From NCBI RefSeq assembly GCF_028641065.1, contig NC_073389.1, positions 27,900,001 to 27,964,000 on the forward strand: a stretch of 64,000 nucleotides of DNA. The letters are read 5' to 3'. The number at the start of each line of letters is the position of its first letter. The stretch's first letter is position 1. Positions 38,031 through 51,054 of this stretch are shown piece after piece. The notes beneath the pieces were generated by a model. It did not search any database. It was not told where the DNA came from and saw only the letters and a list, made by a program, of their open reading frames with translations. A program made the position numbers and the translations under genes. This DNA comes from Leucoraja erinacea (Eukaryota).

Positions 38031-39904
38031 ATTAGATTAAGTGCAATGTCCGCAATGGGGTAGAGGTGAATAGAACAGCGCCCTAGTTTATGGATAGATT
38101 GTGTAGAAACCTGATAACAGAGGGGAAGAATCTATTCCCAAGTCTGGTGGTGCGAGCTTTCAAGCTTCTGTACCTTCTTCCAGACGGGAGCAGGAAGGAG
38201 TAACAAGGATGAGACAAGTCATTGATTATGTTCTCCACTCTTCAGAGGCAGTGTGAAGTGTAGATGGAGTCATCTAGTCTGTGTGATGGACTGAACTACA
38301 TCTAAAACTCTATGCAATTTCTCATGGTCTTGAGCAGAGCTCAATCATGTCCACTTTGGCCCCATAGTTGCTGATTGGGGCATGTACTCCACCATGCTTC
38401 CTGAAGTCGATAACTCACATTTTCTAGTGTTAGGCCCGTGAACAAAATGTTACCTGGTCACTGCGTCTAACTGTTAGCTCCAAATTTCTGAGCATCTATT
38501 CCATGCAGTAATTTGTTCCCAGAAACCAACTTACAAAGAGGAATTGTTTGATTACATGGCCACTTGTCACCGTGCAGCCCGAGGAACCTGCAGTCCATGA
38601 GTTACTTTTGAATAGCCAGCAGGAGTAACATTACATTTGGCATGATAATGTGTGAGTGCTTTGATTAATTATTAATTTGGAGCACATTTGCACAAGAAAG
38701 ATGCAAACACAGCAACTACACAGCAGCTTTTTGGATATAAAACCTGTTGTACATCACATTGATGACCTCAATGAATATTGCAAGGCAGAGAGAGCGTCAG
38801 CGCTCAATTGCTCTAGGGAACGTTAAAAGCAGGAACCGAGGGAAATATTTTTTTGTTTATCACCTATGTTTCATACCATCTCGGGAGCTTTCTAGATAAA
38901 GTCAAGTTTAATGTAGAAACAAGGAAGTACAGAATCTGGCTTATATCAAAGATAGACACGAAGTGCTGGAGTAACTCAATGGGTCAGGCAGCATCTCTGG
39001 AGTGAAAGAATGGGTGGCATTTCGGGTTGGAATCCGAAGAGCCCGACCTGCAACGTCACCCACCCTTTTTTTCCAGAGATGCTGCCTGATCCGACGAGTT
39101 ACTTCAGCAATTTGTGTCTGTCTAAAGTCAGGTTAAAGTTTAGTATCTTTTACTAAACTGCACAGCAGATGTTTGAATAGGAACCCAAATTTATCCATTG
39201 GCAAAACAAGTCTGAAGAAGGGTCCTGACGTGAAACATCACCAGTCCATGATCCCCAGGGATGCTGCCTGACCCATCGAGTTACTTCAGCATTTTGTGTC
39301 TATCTTTGGTATAAACCAGCATCCGCAGTTCCTTTTTATTATATTTTAAAAACAAGTTTTTGTTGATTGAGAGATACAGCTTTGAAAGAGGCCCTTCGGC
39401 CCACCGAGTCCACGCCAACCATTGATGACACGTTCACACTAGTTCTATGTTATCCCACTTTCTCAAGCACTCCCTACACACTAGGGGCAATTTTACAGTG
39501 TCCATGCACGTCTTTGGAATGTGGGTGGAAACAGGAGCACCCAGAGCAAACCCACGAGGTCACAGCGCCACTGTTATTCGAATAATTTACCCTCTGTGCA
39601 ATTGCTTCATTGACTGGGGAAGAGAAATTTGTTATATGTTCTTGAGGCAATGTAGTTTCAAATTTGATTCTCCGTGTTATCTGTTGATTCCAAGCAACAG
39701 TGGTGAAATGTTTATTTGATGGTGAGTTCCTAGAGACCTGGAACTCAGTGGGTGAAAAGTGCAGTAGTAGATGAAAGTGGTACAGTGGCGCAGTGGTAAA
39801 GCCGCTGTCTCATAGCACCAGAGACCCGGATTTGATTTTGACCTCTGGTCCTGTGTGTGTGGAGTTTGCACGTTTTCCCTGTGACTACATGGGTTTCCTC
39901 CGAG

Positions 39905-41289
39905 TAGGTATGTTACAAAACGTACCTGAATCGTGGCTGAGCATCTGCCCCACCCCTTGTGTGTGATTTTGGCGCTGTTTAGAGGGGGCGGGTTTAAAAC
40001 GCGATTTTTACTAGGCTGTTCCAATCGAAAATGTTCAGCCTAGTAAATCATTAACGGAAAATCGCTGAAAGACCCCGTCGCAAAAGGTATTATTAGTTTT
40101 TATGGCCTTGTATAATATTTATAGTAGTTTAAAAATCACTCTCTCACTCCGCAACCTCTCGCAGCCCCAGGGTTTTATAAAGCAAACAATTAAAGGTATG
40201 TACCTTATTTTTACATTAAATGGGGCTTGTATATAACCCTGTATATAAAGTTTTCTATAGCGAGTAGTTCATTTTGGGCTCTTTATATCCCACAGTATTT
40301 TTCTGGGCACTTGAGGGCACAAATCCAGCGCAATGTGAACGCTCTAAACCAGCGCGTTCACAGGAACCCACTAGAAAGCCGATTTAAATTGACTTTAATT
40401 TACAGCAAAAGAACACTAAATTCCTTCCATTTGGCCTATAAATTGATGTAAATGAGATTTTAAAATCATGTTTTATTGTGAATTATTTGTGAATATTATT
40501 TGGACACTTAGGCTATTTAAAAATGTTAATCGTTTATTAAGAAATGGATAGATGTTTAGATATAGTAATTGAAGTTTGAAATTAGCCACAATTGGGTAAC
40601 TAACTAATTATATGCTTTAATTTCAGGTCTGACGTCTCCGGTCACCCCCCCAAGTGGGAAAGATTAGTTTTATAGGGGGGTGGCCGGAGACGTCACAGCC
40701 CGAGCTGCGCCGCCTTGTTTCAGAATCAGCTTCCTAATCTATGGAATGGAACTGAAAATGCAGTTCATTCAGTTCTCTTATTGGCACTAGCTTTTGCAAA
40801 GAAGGTTAGCTGGGTCACACACATGGCCTTTGGACTGTAAGGGAGCTACAGCTGCTTTTTGTTGCATGTCACGATACACTGTGTAGAAAATCAATAGCGG
40901 GAACAGCAGATGCTCCCGCGCAAATTTCACCGATTTAGTATGACCGACCGGATGGCCATGAAAAAAACATTTTTACCTGTTACTTGAGTAAGATTATTTT
41001 ATATTTGTTTCAGAATGCTTCAATCTATGATAACTGAAAATTTCATTCAGTTCTCTTAATTTTTAAGAAGGTTATGGGCTTTTGACTGTCCACAGCTTTT
41101 TTGTTATGTCCATAGAAAATCAATAGGGAACAAGATGCTAATTTCCGAGTATGAAAATGGCCATAACATTTTTATTACTTGAGATATGAAAGTGAATTAG
41201 GTGTCAAATTAAACTTATTGTTATGCTTTATCTGATGGGATAAATTGCAGACTTGATTTTTTAAATCTCAAAATTTTGTAACATTGCTA
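39905..41289. mobile_element. non-autonomous DNA transposon with TAG..CTA ends and 7-bp TSD (hATw-like?) inserted in a SINE
   Basis: TIR taggtatgttacaaaa / tagcaatgttacaaaa (14/16); TSD ctccgag 39898-39904 / 41290-41296; the SINE rejoins across it. Confidence 0.82.
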
Positions 41290-42210
41290 CTCCGAGTGCC
41301 CTGGTTTCTGCCCACATCCCAAAAACATGCAGGTTTGTAGGTTAATTGGCTTCTGTAAATTACCCCTGGCTATCCCTAGAGTGGAAGAGAAATAGGGTTA
41401 ATATAGAACTAGTGTGAACGGGTGATCAATGGTCGGTGTGGACTCAGTGGGCCGAGAGCATAGAATGGCACAAACCAACAATATCTGCGCCGAACATGAT
41501 GCCATGTTAAGCTGATCTCATCTGCCTATACATGATCTATATCCCTTTATTACTTGCAATGGACGACCAGAACCGCACTAAATACTCCAAAGGCAGTCTA
41601 ATCAAGGTCCTAGATTTTGTTTCTGTGCTGTGTTTTTCAATCAATCAATCATTGAGTATCTTGCTAATAGCCCAATAGTCTGATTGGGGCTGATTGGGAT
41701 AAAGGGTGTCCTCTTTATGGTTAGTGAGCCTGAGAGAGAGAAAAAATGAGGACGTTTTGACTTTAGATGTTAGACATGCAGTGCGGAAACAGGCCCTTCG
41801 GCCCACTGAGTCTCTCCCTCCAGTGATGACCCCGCACACTAACACTTTCCTGCACATTAGGGACAATTTAGAATTTTAGAAGCCAATTAACCTGCAAACC
41901 TGTATGTGGTAGCCACGTAGCTTCACCCTGTCTTCAATCATAGTGACTAAAGGAAAAATTCCTTGAACAAAATGAAAATCTGTCACTATACTGTATATCT
42001 TTGGAGTGTGAGAGGAAACCGGAGCACCTGGAGAAAACCCATGCGGTCACGTGGAGAACGTACAAAACTCCGTTCAGACAGCACCTGCAGTCAGGATCGA
42101 ACCCGGGTTTCTGGTGTAAAGCTGCAATTCTACCACTGCGCCAATTTATTATTAATAAAATGTGTTCACTTTTGTCATGCCAGTGACCAGTACATTGTTT
42201 GTCTTCACAG

Positions 42211-42618
42211 ATGCAAGACTAGAAGTCAGCCAACTAAAGCGAAACTTGGTGGTGACGGAGAATGACAATATTCGCCTGAGCTGTGTCATCACAAACCAAA
42301 CCAGCACCGACTCTCAATTTTCTGTCCAGTGGTACGTTCAACGCTCCCAAGAGGAAGCGGACAGGCTGATTCTGAGATCAAACCGGGATTGCATGTTCGA
42401 ATACGGCAACGAGTTGTTGGGGCACGAGAGGAAGGAAAGACTGCAGGCAGCAAAGACTTCCAGTGGCCATTACACCTTGGTCATACACAAGGCTGACGTC
42501 GATGATAGTGGCAAATACTACTGCCTGGTGCAGGAATGGCTGCTGAGTCCCAACAACAACTGGTATAAAGTTGGAATCAACATGTCGGGATTGACTTACG
42601 TCACCGTACAGCGACCAG
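42211..42618 (+). CDS. IGSF3: IGSF3 exon, Ig domain 6 (DARLEVSQLKR...EWLLSPNNNWYK...VQRP)
   Basis: cttcacag acceptor, G|gtactc donor, 408 bp; EWLLSPN.WYK motif. Confidence 0.94.
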
Positions 42619-42848
42619 GTACTCAATCTTTCATCCCCCTCCTCTCTTCCCTGGGCCCCACCTGGACGCTCACTATCTCACCTACCCATGTTCTCCAGAG
42701 TTCCTGCCTGAGTTACAGTCCCTTGTGTTCCCCCCTGAAATTTTCCTTTATATCTTCTATTAAATTCTGAATCATGCATACTTGTGAATAACACTGTGAA
42801 GTATTCTCTTTAGAGTAATATCTAAAATTTGAAGTAATATTGAAACAG

Positions 42849-43383
42849 TTATCTGAGGGGTGGAGTATTATCTGAGGGGTGGAGTATTATCTGAGGGGTG
42901 GAGTATTTTTCTGAGGGGTGGAGTATTTTTCTGAAGGGTGGAGTACTATAAGATAAGATAAGATAAGATAAGATACATTTATTGTCATTTGGACCCCTTG
43001 AGGTCCAAACGAAATGCCGTTTCTGCAGCCATACATACAAACACATAGACCCAAGACACAACATAATTTGCATAAACATCCATCACATTACTGATGGAAG
43101 GTACTTATCTCTCCACTTTTCATGTCAGAGTCAAAGTGCTGGCGTGGCAATTGTCCCGCGGCCATTAAAGCCTGCCGGGTGGTGCGAGGTCGATTATCTG
43201 AGGGGTGGAGTATTTTTCTGAAGGGTGGAGTATTTTTCTGAGGGGTGGAGTATTTTTCTGAGGGGTGGAGTATTTTTCTGAGGGGTGGAGTATTTTTCTG
43301 AGGGGTGGAGTAGGGGTTTTTCTGAGGGCTGGAGTATTCTCTGAGATTTGGAGTATTCTCTGAGGGTTGGAGTATTGTCTGAG
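42849..43383. repeat. 20-bp minisatellite (ctgaggggtggagtattttt)n, roughly 14-15 units, split by a retroposon at 42948-43192
   Basis: Direct head-to-tail repeats with no spacers. Confidence 0.9.
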
Positions 43384-44539
43384 ATGCTCCCACTCATCTC
43401 CCTTGATAATCCAACAAGAAAATATAAACTGCTGGAGTAAGTCGATGGGTCGGGCAGCATCTGCAGGGGGAATTGGACAGGCGATGTTTCAGTCGAACCA
43501 AAGATCCCGATCTGAAACTTCATCTGACCATTCCCTCCACAGATGCTGCCTGACCTACTGAGTTCTTACTGCACTTGCCGTTAATCTGCACAATTAATTT
43601 CTGATGGCTCTGCTCTTATTGAGAAATGAGCAGAGAATGTTGTGCACTTGTCTTGCTCCGTGATGGGTGGTGGTCTGTATCATCCTTCTGAAATTGTCCT
43701 TTTTTCTTGCCTTAAATGAAGATTCAAAAGCTATTGCAGATCTTATTTCCCGGCAGAAGACATCAGATTAATCCGACTAATTACAATTTAAGTCCAAGTT
43801 ATTATCATCTCCTAAGGATTTCAGAGTTATTTGCAGTGTTAATGTAATTGTAATATCCCACAAAATGCTCTGGTGCTCAATTTCAATTTTGTGGCCATTA
43901 CACCCGAGTGGACTTGCCCTGAGCAGTTGCCTCTTTTGATTTGCATGTCAACTAAACTGAATGATTCAGCCTCGGGGTGATTATACTTTGTCTTTAGCTT
44001 AGTTTATTTTAAAGACACAACTTGCAAACAGGCCCTTCGGCCCACTGAGTCAATGCTGACTATCGACCACCCATTCACACGAGTTCTGTTCCCTCCCTCA
44101 AAACTCTCTCCACTCCTTAAACACCGGGGGCAATTTGCAGAGGCCGATTAACCTCCAAACCTGCAGGTCTTGCGTCAGCCTTCCACGCCCCTTTCATTGA
44201 GGTGCTGCCAGATTCTCTTGCTCCTGACCCTACCTCACTCCGTTATTGCACGTTAGTTTTGTTTAACTTCCTACACTACAATCTTTGTACCATTCTGCTG
44301 TGTCCGCATTTATCATTTTATTTATTGTTGTTTCTATCATTACTATTTTTCACTGTGAACTTAATGAGCTCATGCAAGCAAGGAATTACATTGTACTCTG
44401 GTGTGTCTGACAATAAATTTATATATTTCCATCTGAACCAAGAACCAAAATCCACTTTCGTTCGGTCCCCAAAGAGAGAACATTGAGTATAACAATGAAT
44501 ACTGGTGGTCAGCTCGGCTATAAACTAATACAGCACCTT

Positions 44540-45660
44540 AATAGTCAAGAGTGTTTTATTGTTATATATCCCAAAACGGAACAATGAAATTATTACTTGC
44601 AGCAGCTCAAATACTGCTCAGTAGATACCATAATAAACAGCAAAAAGAAGATCAGTAAATTAAGACAAAACAATATAGGACAAAAACAAAGCCTGAATTT
44701 CCTAGCGCCAATAAGGCAGTTTGTAGTTTGGACCTTACTTGGTGTTTGTAGTGCTCAAGAGCCTGATGGTTGCTTTAAAGAAGATGTTCCTGAACCTGGT
44801 GGTCATGGTTTTCAGGTTCCAGTACCTTCTTCCTGATGGTTGGAGTGAAACGAGAGTATGGCCAGGGTGGTGGTGTGGGTCCTTAATAATAAATAATAAT
44901 AATAATAAACTTTATTACGGACTCGAGGTCCAGACAAGGGGCAACATTACATTTAAAAAATGCATTGCATATTAAATATCATAAAGTACATATAAAATCT
45001 TAGTGTATCACTTATAAAAGCATCATAAATTATATATATTTAAAAACACAATACATAAGTTAAAAATCCAGATTAAAAGAATGATCAATGTCCTACAACG
45101 AGACAACGATACCAGTGTCTCCACAGCTGGGATTCGTAGCGTGTAGTGCTAACCCTTATGTTTGACAAGGCCACAATAATTACATTTTTAGAGTCATTTA
45201 CCCTGCAAATGAATTTATACATGTGATGTTTTAGAATAGCTTCTAAAGTACTGACAAACATATTACTGGCACTACACCATCTAGGTTTCCTTAGCAGTGT
45301 TCTCATGGCATCGTTATATGCCACCTTTAGTCTCTGCAAATATGTCTTTCCATAGTTCGACCACAGGTGCGCAGTGTAGAGTGGTGTGCAGTATGCTCCT
45401 TGATGAAGCTGGCTGCCTTTTTGAAGCAGCACCTCCTATAGATCCCTTCGATGGTGTGGAGGTCAGTACCCGTGAAGGACAAGGGATGGACAAGGCAGTG
45501 TCCACCACTTTTTGTAACCTCTTTCGTTCCTGGGCGTTGGAATTGCTGAAACAGGCTGTGACACAATCAGTCAATATGCTCCCTACTGTACACCTTTAGA
45601 AGTTCAAGAACACATTTATTGACATACCAAAGCTCTACAAACCAGATGCGTTGATGGGCT
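44540..45660 (-). mobile_element. Rex1/Babar LINE 3' fragment (host); similar fragments ~745-990, 10530-10800, 38030-38340, 58770-59110
   Basis: CVTACFSNSNAQERKRLQKVVDTA..TIEGIYRRCCFKKAAS.IK. Confidence 0.75.
44885..45396 (-). mobile_element. RTE-X-like LINE 3' end nested in a Rex1 fragment
   Basis: YCTPLYTAHLW..LQRLKVAYNDAMR.LL..PRWCSAS; (TTA)n tail; host sequence resumes at tccttgatga. Confidence 0.65.
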
Positions 45661-45833
45661 TCACCTAAACCAAACACAACTAATCCAAACATAGCTGGAT
45701 GCTGAGGAAGTCTAATTTTCCACTTGGCCTGCCCAGCATCATTTGCAGAATTTCCCACCAGATTGAATAATAATGAAACTTGAGCAATCAAACTTCCTAT
45801 TAATTAAATTAAAATTTTGTGTAACCTCCACAG

Positions 45834-46244
45834 ATAACAATTTGCAGACAGTGAAGACGGAAAGGGCTATTTCCGTGCCAGAGAACGGTCAGATTCGATT
45901 GGATTGCAAGATCAGCAACCGAACCAACTTGGACTCCCAACTCTCAGTGGTGTGGTTTGCACAGAATTCCCTGGATACAGATGAATATCCCATTTTCAGC
46001 CTGAACCGGAATTCTGTTTTTCAGTATGGTAGCTCAAAGGACAACATGATGAGACTGAGGAATAGACTGCAATATGAGAAACCTACCAACGATTTGTACA
46101 GTTTGATACTTCAGAAGGCCACCATCTCTGACACTGGCAGCTACTACTGTAATGTGGAGGAGTGGGCAGTCGATCCCAATAATATGTGGTACAAACTAGG
46201 AGAGGATCAATCTGGATTAACGACTGTCACTGTACAGCAACCAG
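45834..46244 (+). CDS. IGSF3: IGSF3 exon, Ig domain 7 (DNNLQTVK...VQQP)
   Basis: ctccacag acceptor, G|gtacag donor, 411 bp, intact Ig Cys/Trp. Confidence 0.93.
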
Positions 46245-46821
46245 GTACAGTAGAGTTGTTTCAGTGTGGGGAAATGTGTGCTTCCCATTACCATGAGATG
46301 CTAAAACATCAAGTCACCACTTTGGGAAAACGTTTAACTCATAGTTGTATGGTTCAATTAGCTTTTATTAACAAATAGTCATGGAATTGTAGAGTCATAC
46401 AGCACGGAAACAGCCCAACTCGTCCACACTAGTCTATATGCTCCATCCAAGTGAGTTCCTATTTGCCCTCGTTTGGCCCATATTCCTCTCAACCTTTCCT
46501 GTCATGTAACTGTCCATGTGTCTTTTAAATGTTGTTACAGTACCTGCCTCAAATACCTCCTCTGGCAGCTTGTTTAGATTTCCTATTAAATCTTCCCTCT
46601 CTTATCTTAAACCTATGCTCTCTTGTTTTTGATTCCCCTACTCTGGGTAAATGACTGTGCATTCACCCTATCTATTGTCCACGATTAATACACATCTTTG
46701 AGATCATCTATAACCTGTCAAAATCAATGCATTTTGGTTATCCACTTAGTGGGAAATGTTTCTCATTATTGACTCAATCATAGATTCATATAGCATGTCC
46801 TTTGGCACAACTTTAGTTTAA

Positions 46822-47122
46822 CGGGTGGCACAGTTGTGCAGCAGTAGAATTGCTGCCTCACAGCACCAGAGACCTGGGTTCGATCCTGACCTCAGGTGCT
46901 GTCTGTACGGAATTTAAACGTTCTCCCTGTAACCGTGTGAGTTTTCTCCAGGTGTTCTGGTTTCCTCCCACACTTCAAAGATGTACAGGTTTGTAGGTTA
47001 ATTGGCTTTGGTAATTTGTCCCAAGTGGTAGGATAGTGATAGTGTATGGGGATTGTTGGCTAGTGTGGACTCGATGGGCCGAAGAGCCTATTTTTGCACC
47101 GTATCACTAAATTATACTAAAC
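46822..47122 (+). mobile_element. HE1-like SINE
   Basis: Full head/core/tail. Confidence 0.85.
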
Positions 47123-48865
47123 TAATGGTTTACTTTGTCTGTGAACATTCACACAAGAGTGGGGTGTGGATAAAGGATAAAACAGCAGTGTGGCCAGCCA
47201 GCTGTCTACAGTAAATTTGGCATCATCTACAGGGGTCATCTTGCAAAGCACAGATGATATTAAATGTACAAAGCCAAGCAATCAAATCTAATGTTTTAGT
47301 GTTGTCCTGCCAGAGGCAATCTCTTTAAAAACTCATTAACACTACCGATGTTAATATTGACTGAATCAGAATCTGACTTTGTTTTTTTTAACTAATTAAA
47401 TTGAAATATCACACAAGCACTGTAACATTTAATGATTCTATAACAACATTTAAAAGACATTTGGACAGGTACATGGAAAGGAAAGTTTAGACAGATATGG
47501 GCCAAACGCAGGCTGGTGGGACGAGTGGCATGTTGGTCGGCATGCGCACGTACGGCCGAAAGGACCCATCTTCACATTCAAAGAAGGACCCCCAACCAAA
47601 ATATTACCCATCCACACCCTTCAGAAGTACTGCCTGACCCGTTGAGATACATCACCACTTTATACTCTACGTAAGATTCCAGCATCTGCAGGTCTACAGT
47701 GGACCTTTGCAAACTGCACCTGTGCATCTGAACCAGAATGGCCCAACATCCTTGTGGTGAGTTTGCCACTGCAGATGGGACAGGTTTACACTTATCTGAC
47801 AGGGGACTGGGACACGGATATATACTTGGAAGGGAAGGGTTATTGTAGACATTGCTCGTTTGGGTGCAAGGAGGCACGAGAGGAATAGATTACTTAACTG
47901 CAATATTCTCTAATGAAGGCATGTGGGAATAGCTTGGTTAGGTAACACGGACAAGTTGGGCCAAAGAGCCTATTTCCATTCTGTATTAATTACTCTTTGA
48001 TTCTACGTCAAGGATAGTGACTGAGATTATTAAAGTTAAATACAATTTGCTCACTTAAGTTGAGGAGCTTGTCCTTAAGAAAGGCAAAATATTGGCTGAA
48101 GAAGTGCCCCGGCCTGAAATGTCACATATCAATATTCTGCATAGGCTGCCTGATCCGCTGTTATTCCAGCACTATATGTCTTCATTTGTCCCAACTTCTA
48201 TACTCGGTACCCTGACTGATGAAGGCAAATGCATCAAAAGCCTTCTATAACACCTCATCCACTTGTTACGCCACTTTGAGGGAAATCTGTATCTGCACTC
48301 TGAGATCCCTCTGCTCTGCAACATTCCCCATGATCTTACCATTCACTGTTAAAATTCTGAGCCGATTTGACTTCCCACTGATCTGCAATAAACTTAATTA
48401 GCCATTGCTCTGCGCACCTGCCCAGCTGATCAAGATCTTGATGTAATTTCTGACAACCATCTTTTGATAGGCAGTACATCAGTAAGTATACTAATTGTCT
48501 AGGGCACCTAGGATCCACAACAAGAGTCCGATTCACTTGGTGCCTTTGGTACATCCGTCGTTTTTTTATTTTTGGTTGCTTGACGTGGCCAGAGCTGTTT
48601 GATATGATGGGACTTGTTTTAGTCTTTGCCTGAAGGAGACAATGTCAATGTTAGAGTGAATTCAATGAACCTTTACTCACAGTGGGAAGCCAGATTCATA
48701 AGTCAGAGGACCACAGTAGTGTGACCTTAGGACATGAGTTTCCCGAGGCAGCTCAAGATTGGTCGTCTTATTTTAAAGATGGATAGAGGGCAAACTGTCT
48801 TTTGCAGCTTTCCAAACATTGAACATTAACATATGCTGTCTCTTTATTTTTGATTTCACAAACAG

Positions 48866-49288
48866 AATTTAAAATGCAATTGGATAAAACAGAATTGAAT
48901 ATTACCGTCTCAGAGAAGGACCTGTTCCAGCTCAGCTGTAATGTGACCCAACAAACTCAAGATAACTCTCGATTTGCTGTGTACTGGTTTGCTTGGAAGG
49001 TCAAAGAAGACATTGATGGGATCGTCAAGGAGACGATTCTGAAAGTTGATCACAATTCGGTATTTGGTTTCGAAGCCTTGACGGACAGGGCTAAAAGCAT
49101 GAAGGACAGATTGCAGTTCGAGAGGCCATCCAACGGATTGTACACTCTGACAATACATAATTCAGGCAGAGGTGACACAGGGAATTACTACTGCAACGTA
49201 GAGGAGTGGATTCAAAATGCCAACAACATCTGGTACAAACTTGGAGAGGATGAGTCTGGGCTGCTTACTGTCACTGTTCAAAGCAAAG
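48866..49288 (+). CDS. IGSF3: IGSF3 exon, Ig domain 8 (EFKMQLDK...EEWIQ...VQSK)
   Basis: aaacag acceptor, G|gtaatt donor, 423 bp; TVSEK..FQL.C, SRFAV.W as in IGSF3. Confidence 0.93.
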
Positions 49289-49554
49289 GTAATTTATCAT
49301 AGAAATATAGAATGATGACAGGTGGCTATTTGGCCCATTATGTCCAGTGCAGCTCATACAGAATATGATTCCAACTACACACTGTGCTAAGAGATTTTCC
49401 CAACACTGTTCTTAATTAATGGAATATGATAATATAGCACATGGAACATAGAACGGTACAGTCCACAATGTCCATGCCAAACATGATGTCAAAATCAATT
49501 AATCTCCTCTGCCCACACATGATCCATATCCCTGCAAATCAATTTACCTATCTT

Positions 49555-50005
49555 GGGGCAACACAATGATAGTGTTAGAGTTGCTGCCTTACAGCATCAG
49601 AGACCCGGGTTCGATCCTGATTACAGGTGCTGTCTGTACGGAGTTTGTTCGTTCTCCCTGTGTTTTTTTCTGGATGCTCTGGTTTCTTCCCACTCCAAAG
49701 ACGTACAGGTTTGTAGGTTAATTGGCTTCGGTAAAATTGTAAATTTTCTGACCTTGAGTGCTGTCTGTGCGACGTTTGCATATGCTCCCTGTGATCATGT
49801 GGGTTTCCTCCGGGTGCTCCGGTTTCCTCCCACATTCCTAAGGCATGCGGGTTTGTGGATTAATTGTCTTCTGTAAATTGCCCCTCATGTGTAGATGGGA
49901 TAATGTGAAATTGGGATAACATAGAACTGGTGTAGGGGGTGATTGGTGGTCGGCGCGGACTCGGTGAGCCATAGAGCCTGTTTCCACGCTGCATCTCAAA
50001 AACTA
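49555..50005 (+). mobile_element. two fused HE1-like SINEs
   Basis: Core repeated twice, single tail. Confidence 0.8.
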
Positions 50006-51054
50006 AATTATGGCCTTTAAAGATTTATGGAGAACATGAAAGGATTTAGACATTTAAAAGGTAATTGAACACCTGTTTCTTCCATGTGTGAGTGACTGAC
50101 TTGCTGACTTTGCGATGCTCTCTGGAAATAACCCAACACCCCTTCCTTAGAGCCGCAGTGAAGGGTCAGCTGCATTATGTGACCAGGGCCCTTAGAGTTG
50201 GGTTTGAAAATCACAATCATCTGGCCGGGAGATAAGGGAACTATTATAGAGCTACAAACACTATAGAATGGAGTCCAATGATATCCGGCTGCAAAATAAT
50301 TAATATATTTTATATTACTTCTGAATTTGTCTCATTGTATCTGAACTTGTCCCGTTGGTGCATAAAAAATGACTTAATCTGAGAGTCAAAAGTTTATTTT
50401 ATCATTCTGTACCACCAAGGCATGATGAATTCTAACCAAATATCTGTTTTTTATGTTTAAAAATAAATGTGAAATATATTAAATTTTATCTTGGATCAAT
50501 GTTGGTATGCGAGTTCAGACACATCTTGTAACTTTGGCACACTTTTATAGAACATAGAACAGTGCAGAAACAGGCGCCTCGGCCCACAATGTCCGTGCCA
50601 AACAGGGTGTGAAGTTAAAATAAACTCCTCTGCTTGCATCTGATCCAACCCCTTCATTCCCTGCACATCCATGCTTCTATCTAAAAGTATCTTAAACATC
50701 ACTATCTTATCTGCCTCCACCAACACCCCTGGTAGTATTCCAGATACCCACCACTCTGAAAAGAAAAACGCTTGCCCCATACATCTCCTTTAAACTTTGC
50801 TCCTCTCACCTTCAAGCTATGCCCCCTAGTCTTTGACAACCTTGGGAGAGGGGGGGGGGAGATTCTGCCTGTCTGCCCTATCTGTGCTTTCCATAATTGT
50901 ATATACTCTTATCAGGTCTACCCTCAACTTCCAACACTCCAAATTCGTCCGACTTCTCCATATAACTAAGGTACTCATCCAAGAAGCATTCTGGTAAATC
51001 TCTTCTGCTCCCTCTCCAAAGCCCCCACATGTTTCCTATAATGGGGCGAACAGA

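Noticed and set aside
42849-43383. CRISPR-like array
   Set aside because: Head-to-tail 20-mers with no unique spacers; eukaryotic minisatellite
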